Positions 38,143-47,125 of a stretch of 64,000 bases of DNA are shown here, piece after piece. This DNA comes from Deltaproteobacteria bacterium. Lineage in GTDB: Bacteria; Myxococcota; Kuafuiibacteriia; Kuafuiibacteriales; Kuafuiibacteriaceae. The notes below the pieces were generated by a model. That model made no database searches. It saw only the letters and a list, made by a program, of their open reading frames with translations, and was not told where the DNA came from. Every line of letters starts with the position of its first letter. Position 1 is the first letter of the stretch. Location of the stretch: NCBI GenBank assembly GCA_040218735.1, contig JAVJQW010000008.1, positions 416,001 to 480,000 on the forward strand, written 5' to 3'. Both the position numbers and the translations under genes were made by a program.

Positions 38143-38586
38143 GCTGAGGACGCGCCCGCTCATCACCGATCGGCTCGTTTGTGTGGTGCGCGAGGGCTGG
38201 AGCACATCCAGATCGCACCGCGCGGTCGCCCCGGAGGTTACGTCGACGAGCTGTTAGCGGCGCGCGGCCTCTCGCGGCGGGTGGCGCGCGCGGTGCCGTA
38301 CTTCTCGGCGGCGCTGCAGATGGTGGCGAGCTCGGACCGGATCCTCACGGTGTCGGAGCGCATCGCGCGTCTCGCGGCGCCGACGCTCGGGCTCACGGTC
38401 GTCGAGCCGCCGCTCCCCTTGGAGCCGTTTGCGCTCAGCATGGTTTGGCACCCGCGGTTCGACGCCGACCCCGCGCACCGTTGGATCCGCGAACAGCTCC
38501 TCGACGTGTCACGGGAGAAGGACGGACTCGTGCACCGCTCCGCGCGCAAGCGCCTCAGTCGGTCCGATCCGACGGGGCGGCGTTGA
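38141..38586 (+). pseudogene. LysR regulator remnant (C-terminal domain only, internal deletion and frameshift)
   Basis: ELRTRPLITDRLVCVVREG in one frame, shifting at 38197 to LEHIQIAPRG..VDELLAARGLSRRVA..WHPRFDADPAHRWIRE; no HTH and no start. Confidence 0.8.
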
Positions 38587-38638
38587 GGGTTGCATCCGGT
38601 GCAATGAGGATGTCCAAACGGATCGAGGCGCTGGGGCG

Positions 38639-40366
38639 TTAGCGGTCGACGCGGAGCAGCTTCGCGTCCCAGGGGAGGAGCACCCAGATGCGGCCATCGT
38701 CGTCGGCGATCATGCGCCCCGGGGCGCCGTGGCCGGTGGGGACCGAGCCGGGGACGAAGCGCTGCGTCTCGAGGTCGTACTCCGCGAGGGACGCGGGCCA
38801 GTTCACCTGGTCCGTCGACCACGTGCCGGCGACGAGCGCGCGGGTCGTGCCGGGCCAGCGCAGCGTGGCCATGGGGCGGGCGTCGTCGTCGAAGATCACC
38901 GAGCGTTCCAGGACCTGCGTCTCGGTGATCGGGTAGACGCCGGCGTTCTTGCGGCTGAGCGTGAACAGCGCGAGCTCGCCGGTCCAGGAGACGTCGCTCG
39001 TGCGGTGATCCTCGCGATCGATCTGCGGCGGGAACTGCACGACGTCGCGCACGACGCCGGCGTCGAGATCGAACCAGTGCACGCGCGGGCGTTCGGTGTC
39101 GGCGAGGATCGCCGTGGTGGTGTCGACGGAGGTGCCGTGGACGATCGTGACCTCGGGGTGCCACGTGCGGTGCGCGGGCGCGAGGGTGGCGAGGTCCCAC
39201 GTGAACACCTTCGTGCCACCCGTGGTGACGACGGCCGTGACGACGGTGTCGCCCACAACGTCGAAGTACGAGACGCGCGCGTCTTGGGTGAACAGCAGCG
39301 GCGCCTCCTCGGGGCCCGGATTGAAGCGTGCGTCCGCGGTCACGCGGTTCACGACGCGCCCGCGGCGGTCGAATCGGGTCAGCTCGAAGCGGCCGTTGAG
39401 GCTCTCCATGCCGAGGAAGCCGTCGGCGGTCGGCGCGAGGCGCTGAACGCAGCCGGGCACCGCGGCGCTCGCCGTTCGGGTGAGGGTGTCGACGTCGTAG
39501 ATTTCGATGACGCCACGCACGGCTTCGCCGCACCCGCGGAACGGCGTGCCGGGACCGACGCTCAGCGCGAGGTCATCGCCCGAGATCGCGAAGTCGTGGG
39601 CGTAGCCGAAGAAGCGCGACGCGACCGGTGGCAACACGAGCTGCCCGATCAGATCCGGAGGGGGGCTGTACGGCTCGACGTCGAGGAAGCGGATCGTCTC
39701 GACCTCGAGGTCGAGCTCCCGTTCGGTGTACGCATGCACGACGCACATCTCGGGCGCTCGGCAGGTGTAGGTCGCGGCGCGGGGCGGGATGGGCTCGACG
39801 GCCTCACACGCGACGGGGGCGATCGGTTCGAGACACATCGATCCGTCGGGCCACAGCGTCCCGTTCATCCGCCCGAACTCGCAGTCGAGGTCGAATTCGA
39901 AGCGACACTGCGTGCGGGAGATCGTCGTGAGGGGGCAGCGGAAGAGTTTGCACTCGAGGTCGAAGGACACGTCGAGTGGGTCGACGTCCGGGCAGGCTGC
40001 CTCCATCCACGTCGCGGTGAGCGGTGGTGCATCGACGGCCGTGCCGTCGGGGAGTCGCACGGCGACGGCGGGGCTCGGCAAGCGAGGTTGACACCCACTC
40101 GCGGCGCGGAGTGTGTCGGTCGCGAGCGCTTCCGCCGCGGGTGGGTTCATCGCGGCGATGGCCTCCGCGGTCCAGCCGATCGCGATCGCGTCGTCCGCGA
40201 AGTAAACGGAGGCGCTGCGGTCGAAGGGCAACAGCCCGGTCGCGCCGGTCACGGTTTCGCCGTCGACCTGAACCGCGGCGTACCAGGCGACGTCGTCGCC
40301 GAACGGGATACGCTCCGGCGCGCCGCACGCGCCTGACAGCAGCGCGATGGCGACCCAACGTCTCAT
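38639..40366 (-). CDS. Hypothetical lipoprotein with Cys-rich middle and beta-propeller-like C-terminus
   Basis: MRRWVAIALLSGAC lipobox; ATGA overlap with the PEGA gene. Confidence 0.8.
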   Translation of the reverse strand: MRRWVAIALLSGACGAPERIPFGDDVAWYAAVQVDGETVTGATGLLPFDRSASVYFADDAIAIGWTAEAIAAMNPPAAEALATDTLRAASGCQPRLPSPAVAVRLPDGTAVDAPPLTATWMEAACPDVDPLDVSFDLECKLFRCPLTTISRTQCRFEFDLDCEFGRMNGTLWPDGSMCLEPIAPVACEAVEPIPPRAATYTCRAPEMCVVHAYTERELDLEVETIRFLDVEPYSPPPDLIGQLVLPPVASRFFGYAHDFAISGDDLALSVGPGTPFRGCGEAVRGVIEIYDVDTLTRTASAAVPGCVQRLAPTADGFLGMESLNGRFELTRFDRRGRVVNRVTADARFNPGPEEAPLLFTQDARVSYFDVVGDTVVTAVVTTGGTKVFTWDLATLAPAHRTWHPEVTIVHGTSVDTTTAILADTERPRVHWFDLDAGVVRDVVQFPPQIDREDHRTSDVSWTGELALFTLSRKNAGVYPITETQVLERSVIFDDDARPMATLRWPGTTRALVAGTWSTDQVNWPASLAEYDLETQRFVPGSVPTGHGAPGRMIADDDGRIWVLLPWDAKLLRVDR

Positions 40367-41526
40367 CGCGAATCCAACACCGCGGCGGCGGTGGCGCCGG
40401 CCACGCCCGCGCCGACGCCGGTCAACAGCTCTACCCACGGGAAGCCGCCGTCGTCGTCGAGCCACCACGTTGCGATCGCCCAGCCGGCGCCCATGAGTCC
40501 GATGCCGGCGGCGACGACCGGGATGGAGATGCCGCCCGGGTTGACCGCGTCGCGATCGGAGGAGGGGAGGTCGCCGGTCGAGAGCCCGAAGCGCGGTGCG
40601 CCGAGCGGGGTGCACGGGGCGTCTTCGTCGGCGGCGAGACAGGCGTCGTCCACGGCGTTGGCGCGCACGATCGCGTAGACGCCGAGGGACACACCGATCG
40701 CCGCGGCGGTCAGTCCGGAGTAGGTGAGCACGCGCCGCGCGACGGGGGAGGCGCCGAGGGGGAGCAACGTGATCGCGGCGGTGGCGGTGCGGCTGCGTTC
40801 GACGTGGATCGGTCGCGTCTCGGCGGTGAACCCGGGGCGCCGGAACGCGAGCACGCGCCGGCCGGGGCGGACCTCTTCGACGCGGGTCGTGCCGGCGGCG
40901 AGTGTGCTGCGGAGGGTGCCGTCGATCCACAGCTCGACTTGCGGCGTCTCGATCGTGATCTCGATGCGGCCGAAGGGCGCGAGCTCGTTCATCGCGTTCA
41001 GCAGCGGCGCGAGCTCGTGGTCGATGCTGCCTTCGAAGAACGTCGGGAGGCCGGTGGCGTCGACGACCGTCGGCTGGGTTCGTGCGGAGCGGGACCAGAT
41101 GCAGTCTTCGATCGCCTCGCGTGCTTCGCGACCTTCGACGCCGGGACCGGCGCGGCACTGGGCGGCGCGTTCGGTGTCGATCAGGGTGAGTTGCAGGCGG
41201 TCGCGCCCGTCGCCCACAGGGAGCACGGTGATCGCGACGATCGCAGCGAGGCGCTCCCGGCCGGAGCGCGCGGCGTCGACCCAGCACGCGAGGCGCGCGG
41301 GCCCGTCGCACCGCGCGAGGCGCTCGGCGTCCACGCCGGCCTGCGCGGGCGGTCGAACGTCGAGGCCGGTCTTCGCGCGGAACGTCGCATCGGCGACGCG
41401 CACGAGATCCGTCGAAGGCGCCGCGCCCTTGGGGAGCGCCACGACCATCAGCGCCGGCGTGCGCTCCGCGAGCCCGACGCGCGCGCTGGACGCGATCGCG
41501 GCGAGGACGAGGAGGGCAGGGCTCAC
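40363..41526 (-). CDS. Exported PEGA-domain protein with C-terminal hydrophobic helices
   Basis: GRIEI...VELWIDG...PGRRVLAFRRPGF; CDGPARLAC; GTG start 7 nt after TAAGCT. Confidence 0.78.
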   Translation of the reverse strand: MSPALLVLAAIASSARVGLAERTPALMVVALPKGAAPSTDLVRVADATFRAKTGLDVRPPAQAGVDAERLARCDGPARLACWVDAARSGRERLAAIVAITVLPVGDGRDRLQLTLIDTERAAQCRAGPGVEGREAREAIEDCIWSRSARTQPTVVDATGLPTFFEGSIDHELAPLLNAMNELAPFGRIEITIETPQVELWIDGTLRSTLAAGTTRVEEVRPGRRVLAFRRPGFTAETRPIHVERSRTATAAITLLPLGASPVARRVLTYSGLTAAAIGVSLGVYAIVRANAVDDACLAADEDAPCTPLGAPRFGLSTGDLPSSDRDAVNPGGISIPVVAAGIGLMGAGWAIATWWLDDDGGFPWVELLTGVGAGVAGATAAAVLDSR

Positions 41527-41537
41527 GGGGCGGAGCT

Positions 41538-41700
41538 TACTCGATGGCCTTCGAAGTCGGCATGCCGCGAACCCCTTCGACGTCGGCGCTCGATGCGCGC
41601 GCCCCTCGACGCTGGCGTGCATCTCGCTCGCTTCGATCCGGCGGAGGAACCGGGTTCACCCGGGGAGGTGCGGCGGGTCTCAGCGGCGCGCCGGAGCACG
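41538..41700 (-). repeat. Degenerate duplicate of the kinase 3' end (41833 to about 41970)
   Basis: Shared blocks TACTCGATGG.CTTC, CCTTCGACGTCGGCGCTC, ATCTCGCTCGC.TCGATCC.GCGGAGGA, GCGGCGCGCCGGAGC.CG in the same order, with indels. Confidence 0.8.
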
Positions 41701-41831
41701 GTGAGCGCGCGCGGACTTCGCGGCGCCTCGGGGGGCGTCACGGGCGCGCCGGGGACGGCTCCTCCGGGCGTACGTTCGCGGCGCGCTGCCTGCCCGCAGG
41801 GACGTGCGTTGGCCGTGGCTCCCCCGGCGGC

Positions 41832-43883
41832 CTACTCGATGGACTTCAGCGCGCGCACGCACGCCGCGAGGCCTTCGACGTCGGCGCTCATCTCGCTCGC
41901 CTCGATCCTGCGGAGGAGGCGGGTGCGCGCGGGGCCGTCGGGGCGGGACTTCGCGGCGCGCCGGAGCGCGTCGCCGAGCGCGGCGACGCGGGTGAGGTCG
42001 GCCGGCGCCGCGCGGGCGGCGGAGAGGGCGCGGTCGACCTCGGGGAATCGGTTCGACTCGGCGGGGCGCTTGCGGCCGCCCACGCGGGCGTCGTTGCCCG
42101 AGCCGTGCGCTCGGCCGTCGTTGCCCGAGCCGTTCGCTCGGCCGTCGCCTCGCGCGGCGTTCGCTTGGCCGTCGCCGTGACCGCCGCTCGCATCGCCGTC
42201 GCCGTGACCGCCGCTCGCATCGCCATCGCCTCGGGCGGCGTTCGCTCGGCCGTCGCCTCGGGCGGCGTTCGCTTGGCCGTCGCCGTGACCGCCGCTCGCA
42301 TCGCCGTCGCCGTGACCGCCGCTCGCATCGCCGTCGCCTCGGGCGGCGTTCGCTCGGCCGTCGCCGTGACCGCCGCTCGCATCGCCGTCGCCGTGACCGC
42401 CGCTCGCATCGCCGTCGCCTCGGGCGCCGTTCGCGCCCTCCCGGCGCGGGCCGTTGGCTTCGCGGTCGCTCCTGCCTGCGCCGACATCCCCGCCGCTCAC
42501 CGCTCGCACCGCGTCTTGGTCACGGCGTTCGGCGTCGAGCGCGCGCGCCTCGTTCGCCGTGCCGCGGCCGACGTCGTTCGCGATCGCGCTGCCGTTCGCG
42601 TCTTCTTCGCCCACCCGGCCGCGTGGCGCGACGCGAGGCCCTGGCGCGGCTGCGCTCTGCGTCGACGGCGCGGCCGCCTCCTCCGCACCCCCCCGCGGCC
42701 ACACCGCGAACCCCACGCCGGCGGCGACCGCCAGCGCCCCCGCCGCGAGGATCCACCGCCCCGCCGGGCCTGGCGCGTCGCGCACGACGCTCGCCATCTG
42801 GGCGTCGAGCATGTCCGGCGTGTCGACGGGGTTCGTCGCGGTCGCGTCGAGGTTCGCGAGGAGCGGCGTGGGATCGGGATCCGTCACGCCTGGATCCGGG
42901 CTCACGTCGACGATCTGCGAGATCACCGCGTAGATCGTCGTCCCCCGCGCGCCCCCGAGCTCACGCAGCAGCGGCCGCGCTGCGTCCGCCAGCTCGGCGG
43001 CGCTCGCGTAGCGCTCCGCCGGATCGATCGCGAGCGCCCGCGCCACCACGTCATCCAGCGGCAGCGGCAACCCTTCGCGTGCGTCACTCGGCTTCGGCCT
43101 CGGTCCCCCGAGGATCCGCCCCGTCACGCGCGGCAGCGCGTTCGAAGCCAACCGCAGCGGCGGCTTGTAGGCGCGCGCCGGGCGCCCGTCCGCGTCGACG
43201 ATGAACGCTCGCGCCGCCGTGATCAGCTCGAAGAGGATTGCGCCGAGCCCGAAGACGTCGCTCCGCGTGTCCGCGCGCTCACCGCGCACTTGCTCCGGCG
43301 ACGCGTAATGCAGCGACCCGACGATACGCCCGACCGTCGTCGCGTCGCGCCCGGTGGGCGTGAGGATCCGCGCCACGCCGAGGTCGAGCAGCTTCACGTA
43401 CGCGCGTCCGCCGCGCCGCACGAACATCACGTTGCTCGGCTTCAGGTCGCGGTGCACGACCCCCTGCTCGTGGATGTAGTGCACCGCAGAGCACAGCTCG
43501 TCGAAGACACGCTCCGCCTCGGCGGCGTCGAGGTGCTCGTCGCGCTGTGAGCACTGCTTGAGCACGCGCGCGAGCGGGACGCCGTCCACGTAATCCATCG
43601 CGAGGTACGCGCGCGACTCGGTCATCGAGAACCCGAGCGGCCGCACGATGCTCGGGTGATCGAGTCGCGCGAGCAGCTCCGCCTCCTGCTCGAACCGCTC
43701 GCGGACGACCGCGCCGATCTCGAGCACGCGCGGATGCAACACCTTCAGCGCGACCTGACGCCCGAGCGCGTCCGCGCTCTCGTCGGTCGCCAGCCACACT
43801 TCACCGAACCCTCCGGATCCGAGGCGGCGCAGCGTCACGTAGCGGTCGTCGATCCGCGTGCCCGGCGCGATCTTCTCGGTCAT
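41832..43883 (-). CDS. Membrane Ser/Thr protein kinase with repeat-rich periplasmic region
   Basis: LGSGGFGEVW, VALK, HRDLKPSN, DLG, GSLHYASPE; TM WILAAGALAVAAGVGFAVW. Confidence 0.92.
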   Translation of the reverse strand: MTEKIAPGTRIDDRYVTLRRLGSGGFGEVWLATDESADALGRQVALKVLHPRVLEIGAVVRERFEQEAELLARLDHPSIVRPLGFSMTESRAYLAMDYVDGVPLARVLKQCSQRDEHLDAAEAERVFDELCSAVHYIHEQGVVHRDLKPSNVMFVRRGGRAYVKLLDLGVARILTPTGRDATTVGRIVGSLHYASPEQVRGERADTRSDVFGLGAILFELITAARAFIVDADGRPARAYKPPLRLASNALPRVTGRILGGPRPKPSDAREGLPLPLDDVVARALAIDPAERYASAAELADAARPLLRELGGARGTTIYAVISQIVDVSPDPGVTDPDPTPLLANLDATATNPVDTPDMLDAQMASVVRDAPGPAGRWILAAGALAVAAGVGFAVWPRGGAEEAAAPSTQSAAAPGPRVAPRGRVGEEDANGSAIANDVGRGTANEARALDAERRDQDAVRAVSGGDVGAGRSDREANGPRREGANGARGDGDASGGHGDGDASGGHGDGRANAARGDGDASGGHGDGDASGGHGDGQANAARGDGRANAARGDGDASGGHGDGDASGGHGDGQANAARGDGRANGSGNDGRAHGSGNDARVGGRKRPAESNRFPEVDRALSAARAAPADLTRVAALGDALRRAAKSRPDGPARTRLLRRIEASEMSADVEGLAACVRALKSIE
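42123..42419 (-). repeat. About eleven 27-bp coding repeats of two alternating types (GDGDASGGH and GDG(R/Q)ANAAR)
   Basis: Direct reading of DNA and translation. Confidence 0.88.
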
Positions 43884-44779
43884 GGCATCCGCGAGATCTC
43901 GAAGCGATCGATCCCGAACCGCCGCGCCCCGCGCCGCACCTGCACGATCCCCGCGCCGCCCAACACCCCCGCCGCCAGCAGCTGCTCACGCGCCTTGTGG
44001 ATCGCGACGTTCAGGCCGTTCGAATCCATGCGCAGCATCTTCGACAGCGCGTCACGCTTCACCCAACCGCGCTCGTCTTCGGGGCGGTCCTGCTCCTTCT
44101 CACGCAGCCGCGCGAGCGTCAGGAGCACGTACCCGTGCCACGCGGGCTCGAGCGCGGTGAGGCGACCGCGGTGGACGACGTCGATCTGCACGCGCTCCTC
44201 GTCGCGGCTCACCGCGAAGCGCAGCGTGATCGTATCGATCGTCGGCGACGACTGGAACGCCGGCGTGCCTTCGAACAGCTCCGGCAGGTGCACCGTCCAC
44301 GTGTGGCCGCCCGCCGTGACGGTGTCGCCGTCCTCGACCGCGCCTTCGTCGTCGCCTTCGATGCGCCAGTCGCCCTGGTTGTCCTGGAAGATCGAGAGGT
44401 CCGGGTGCTCGGCGTCGGGCAGCACGAGGAGCCCGTCGCGGCCCGCGGCGATCACGCCGTCGGCGCGCTCGGCGAAGACACTCGGCGCGTCGGCCTCCGT
44501 GACCTCCCACGCTTCGTCGACGTCGCCGAACGCGAGCCGCGAGCCGACGTCGATCGTCACGGTCTCCCCGGCGACGAGCATGTTGCCGTCGACGAAGGTC
44601 CCGTTGCGGCTCCCGAGATCGCGGATCTCCCACGCGCCGTCGCCCCAGCGCACGAGCGCGTGTTCGAGGGAGACACACGCGGTGTCGATCGTGAGCCCCG
44701 CGTCCGAAGCACGTCCGACGCGGAGCCGCGAGGTCACGTGTGCCTCGCGTCCGTCCCGCACGCTTCGGAGTGTCGCCAC
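43880..44779 (-). CDS. FHA-domain protein with C-terminal winged-helix-like region
   Basis: VGR, VSLEHA, DLGSRNGTFVDG; C-terminal LNVAIHKAREQL; ATGA coupling to the kinase. Start GTG 44779 or ATG 44788. Confidence 0.85.
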   Translation of the reverse strand: MATLRSVRDGREAHVTSRLRVGRASDAGLTIDTACVSLEHALVRWGDGAWEIRDLGSRNGTFVDGNMLVAGETVTIDVGSRLAFGDVDEAWEVTEADAPSVFAERADGVIAAGRDGLLVLPDAEHPDLSIFQDNQGDWRIEGDDEGAVEDGDTVTAGGHTWTVHLPELFEGTPAFQSSPTIDTITLRFAVSRDEERVQIDVVHRGRLTALEPAWHGYVLLTLARLREKEQDRPEDERGWVKRDALSKMLRMDSNGLNVAIHKAREQLLAAGVLGGAGIVQVRRGARRFGIDRFEISRMP

Positions 44780-44812
44780 GCGCGCCATGATAGCGCGTGA
44801 CGGCGACGTGGG

Positions 44813-45733
44813 TCAGTACTTCTCGGGGACGTAGAGGTTGTCGGGGAGCGTCTTGCGCTCGTAGTTGGGGTTGTGCTCACGCTCGGGGAGGATGACGTCC
44901 TCCTGCGGGACCTCGTCGTACGGGACCTGATCGAGGAGGTGACTGATGCAGTTGAGGCGCGCGCGCTTCTTGTCGTTCGCTTCGACGATCCACCACGGCG
45001 CCTCCGGGATGTTCGTCCGCTCGAGCATCTCCTCCTTCGCCTTCGTGTAGTCCTCCCAGCGGATGCGCGACTCGAGATCCATCGGGCTCAGCTTCCACTG
45101 CTTCATCGGATCGTGGATGCGCATCAGGAAGCGGTACTGCTGCTCCTGGTCGCTGATCGAGAACCAGTACTTCACGAGCTTGATCCCGGAGCGCACCAGC
45201 ATGCGCTCGAACTCCGGCACGTCGCGGAAGAACGTCTCGACTTCGTCGGGCGTCGCGAACCCCATCACGCGCTCGACGCCCGCGCGGTTGTACCAAGAGC
45301 GATCGAACAGGACCATCTCACCGCCCGAGGGGAGGTGCGGCACGTAGCGCTGGAAGTACCACGCCGTCTTCTCGCGCTCGCTCGGCGCGGGCAGCGCGAC
45401 CGTGCGACACACCCGCGGGTCGAGGCGCTGCGTGATGCGCTTGATGACGCCGCCCTTGCCGGCCGCGTCGCGCCCCTCGAAGAGGATGACGAGCTTGTAG
45501 CCGGTGTTCGCGACCCAGTCGTGCAGCTTCACGAGCTCGGACTGGAGCGTGAACAACGCCTGGAAGTACGTCCGCCGGTCGATCGCCGAGTGGTGCTCGG
45601 ACTTCAGCGCCGCATCGACGGCCGCCTCGCGCCGCCCGTCGGCGAGCTCGAGCTCGAACTCCTCGTCGAAGCTGTCGGCGAGCTCCTGCTGCACCCACTC
45701 GTGTACCTCGGAGCGCTTGGGATCTTCGGACAT
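44813..45733 (-). CDS. ppk2: Polyphosphate kinase 2
   Basis: FEGRDAAGKGGVIKR, WYFQRY, FDRSWYNRAGVERVMGF, WKLSPMD. Confidence 0.96.
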   Translation of the reverse strand: MSEDPKRSEVHEWVQQELADSFDEEFELELADGRREAAVDAALKSEHHSAIDRRTYFQALFTLQSELVKLHDWVANTGYKLVILFEGRDAAGKGGVIKRITQRLDPRVCRTVALPAPSEREKTAWYFQRYVPHLPSGGEMVLFDRSWYNRAGVERVMGFATPDEVETFFRDVPEFERMLVRSGIKLVKYWFSISDQEQQYRFLMRIHDPMKQWKLSPMDLESRIRWEDYTKAKEEMLERTNIPEAPWWIVEANDKKRARLNCISHLLDQVPYDEVPQEDVILPEREHNPNYERKTLPDNLYVPEKY

Positions 45734-45754
45734 GGGTGATTCATAGCGCCCGGG

Positions 45755-47095
45755 TCAGTCCAAGACCACCCAAGCCACCTGATTGGAACCGGTCGCGATG
45801 TTGCCGCCGCCCATCATGATCCCGTCTTCGAACGAAGCCATCAGGTTCAGGTCCACGCCGACGGTCGCGTCGACCGGGCAGTCGACGCTGCCTTCGTGGA
45901 ACTGGCCGAGGATGCCGTTCGCGCCGCCGTAGAGGATCGCGTCCCCGAAGATCCCCGCAGCCTCCAGGGTGCGGGCGATCGGGGGACCGCGGCGGAGCCA
46001 CTCGCGAGATCGAGGATCGAGCGTGGTGTAGATGAAGCCGAGGTCGGTGCCGATCACGAGGCCGAGGCGAGGGTGGACGGTCACCGCCGAGCATCGGTTG
46101 TCGAGCGGCGGCGTCACGCGGTCGAACGTGCCGTCCGGATCGAGCACCCAGATCGTAGCGCTCCCGTCGATCGCGACCACCGATCCGTCACGCAACTCGG
46201 CGAGTGCGGCGTTCGACGAAGTCGCCCCGTTCGACGGGACGGATACCTCGTCGAGCAAGGCCCAAGCGCCGTCGTGACGGTAGATGCGCGTGACCGTCGA
46301 CGACTCCGTGAGCGCGACCGCAAACACCACCGCTTCTCGTGTGACGAGCAGCGCCTCGACGCTGAAGCCGGCGGCGTCCGCGATCGACAGGTCGTTCTGG
46401 GGGACGAGTGGAGGGCCGAAGAGGATGCGTCCGCCGCCGCCACCGAGCCAGAGGTTGCCATCGCGATCCATCGTCCCCGCGCGGCCCGGGAAACCGTCGA
46501 GCTGCGGTCGCGCCGTGATCCCGTCGCGCGTCGCCGTGACGAAGCGTCGGCTGCGTGTACCGACGAGCGCCTGGTCGTCGTCGATCGCCAGGATGATCTC
46601 GATGTTCGCCGGATCCTGAATCGGGTACTGCACGGCGAAGACCTGGCGACACAGATCGATCTCCACGCACGAGTCGTCGCTCACGATCAGGTGCGAGACG
46701 ATCGTCCCCGGGATGTCGGCCGGCGGGATGTTGATCCAGTCCGACACCGCGCGGTCGCGCAGGTCCGCGCGCCGAACGACCGCCGGGCGACCGAGCGCGC
46801 AGGGGCGCTCGTCGGGGCCCGCCGCGAACAGCTGACCGCCGACCATCTCGAAGTCGTCGAGCGACTGGTCGTAGTCGAGCGCGTACAGCTGCACGTCGTC
46901 GGCCGCGAGGTCTCGGGTGAACTGCGCCTGGACGATCTCCCGATCGTCGAGCTGGAACGCGAAGGCCTCCACGCCGCCGTCGTCCACCGCAGCGAGGATT
47001 CGGGTTTGGTGGACCGGATCCGCCGCGGGGCTCGGCACGAACAGCTCGACATCGCCCCCGCAGCCGGCCAAGAGCCCTAGCGCGACGCCGACCAA
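45755..47095 (-). CDS. Hypothetical lipoprotein (beta-propeller-like C-terminus)
   Basis: Lipobox LAGC; repeated short beta strands. Start codon uncertain (TTG at 47095). Confidence 0.7.
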   Translation of the reverse strand: MVGVALGLLAGCGGDVELFVPSPAADPVHQTRILAAVDDGGVEAFAFQLDDREIVQAQFTRDLAADDVQLYALDYDQSLDDFEMVGGQLFAAGPDERPCALGRPAVVRRADLRDRAVSDWINIPPADIPGTIVSHLIVSDDSCVEIDLCRQVFAVQYPIQDPANIEIILAIDDDQALVGTRSRRFVTATRDGITARPQLDGFPGRAGTMDRDGNLWLGGGGGRILFGPPLVPQNDLSIADAAGFSVEALLVTREAVVFAVALTESSTVTRIYRHDGAWALLDEVSVPSNGATSSNAALAELRDGSVVAIDGSATIWVLDPDGTFDRVTPPLDNRCSAVTVHPRLGLVIGTDLGFIYTTLDPRSREWLRRGPPIARTLEAAGIFGDAILYGGANGILGQFHEGSVDCPVDATVGVDLNLMASFEDGIMMGGGNIATGSNQVAWVVLD

Positions 47096-47125
47096 ACCTG
47101 CTACAGCGGCGGCGAAAGAGAGACC

